Positions 63,700 through 64,000 of a stretch of 64,000 nucleotides of DNA are shown here, in pieces. The stretch is from positions 82,954 through 146,953 of IMG/VR virus record IMGVR_UViG_3300036791_001056. One strand, given 5' to 3'. This stretch comes from a virus. The notes below the pieces were generated by a model, which was not told the origin of the DNA, searched no databases, and saw nothing but the letters and a program-made list of their open reading frames with translations. Position numbers and translations under genes: made by a program. The number at the start of each line of letters is the position of its first letter. Positions within the stretch are counted from its first letter, which is position 1.

Positions 63700-63910
63700 C
63701 CGTTACTACCGTGTTACTATCAGTTACTATTTATGTTACTATCCTTGACTAGCCAGTTACCACCGTAACTACCAAAATCTTATTTATGTTTACGTGTACA
63801 GGGGACGCCAGGTACACGTACTTGGATGGGTACAGCGTGGTAACAGTAGTTACTGCCAGGTCAGAGCTAGTAACATAGGTAGTAACAGCTAGTAACACCG
63901 GTAGTAACGG
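63700..63910. repeat. Origin-like cluster of GTTAC(T)/(A)GTAAC repeats in an AT-rich region
   Basis: GTTAC copies dominate on the left and GTAAC copies on the right, around an AT-rich core. Confidence 0.6.
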
Positions 63911-64000
63911 TGCCCGCTGACGACTGAAGCGCGGTGCCCATGTGGGCACCGCGCGTAGAAGTATTGGTCGGGGGGGTCTGCGCAACCCAGTTGTGGGCTG

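Overview
This is a 64-kb segment of a large, GC-rich tailed phage (or prophage). Its promoters, leaderless genes and gene content point to an actinobacterial host. The left third is a minus-strand head module: terS, terL with an intein that hides an out-of-frame HNH gene, and several head-associated polyproteins. It also has a 2198-aa portal-intein-MuF-Nudix-HiPIP-like-nuclease-ADP-ribosyltransferase fusion, a 1084-aa prohead protease/scaffold, and a capsid gene that stops at the window edge, probably at a group I intron. Plus-strand early cassettes with a shared sigma70-type promoter are interleaved with the packaging genes. The right half holds virion/secreted genes, many small accessory genes, a BRO gene, a RecD/Dda-like helicase and an origin-like repeat region. 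The standout feature is a stand-alone Cas7/RAMP-like gene (57977-58600) and a winged-helix-like partner gene, flanked by non-coding arrays with a strict 5-nt period: a conserved AG(C/T/A) triplet plus a variable dinucleotide. At least five more such arrays lie in intergenic gaps elsewhere, always with AGY-NN on the transcribed strand and often ending in a hairpin. This looks like a CRISPR-independent RNA-guided system, close to the VIPR type (RAMP protein plus GGY/NN RNAs, recalled from memory) but with an AGY core. All protein calls come from motifs recognised by eye; no searches were run. Several single-base frameshifts may be assembly errors.
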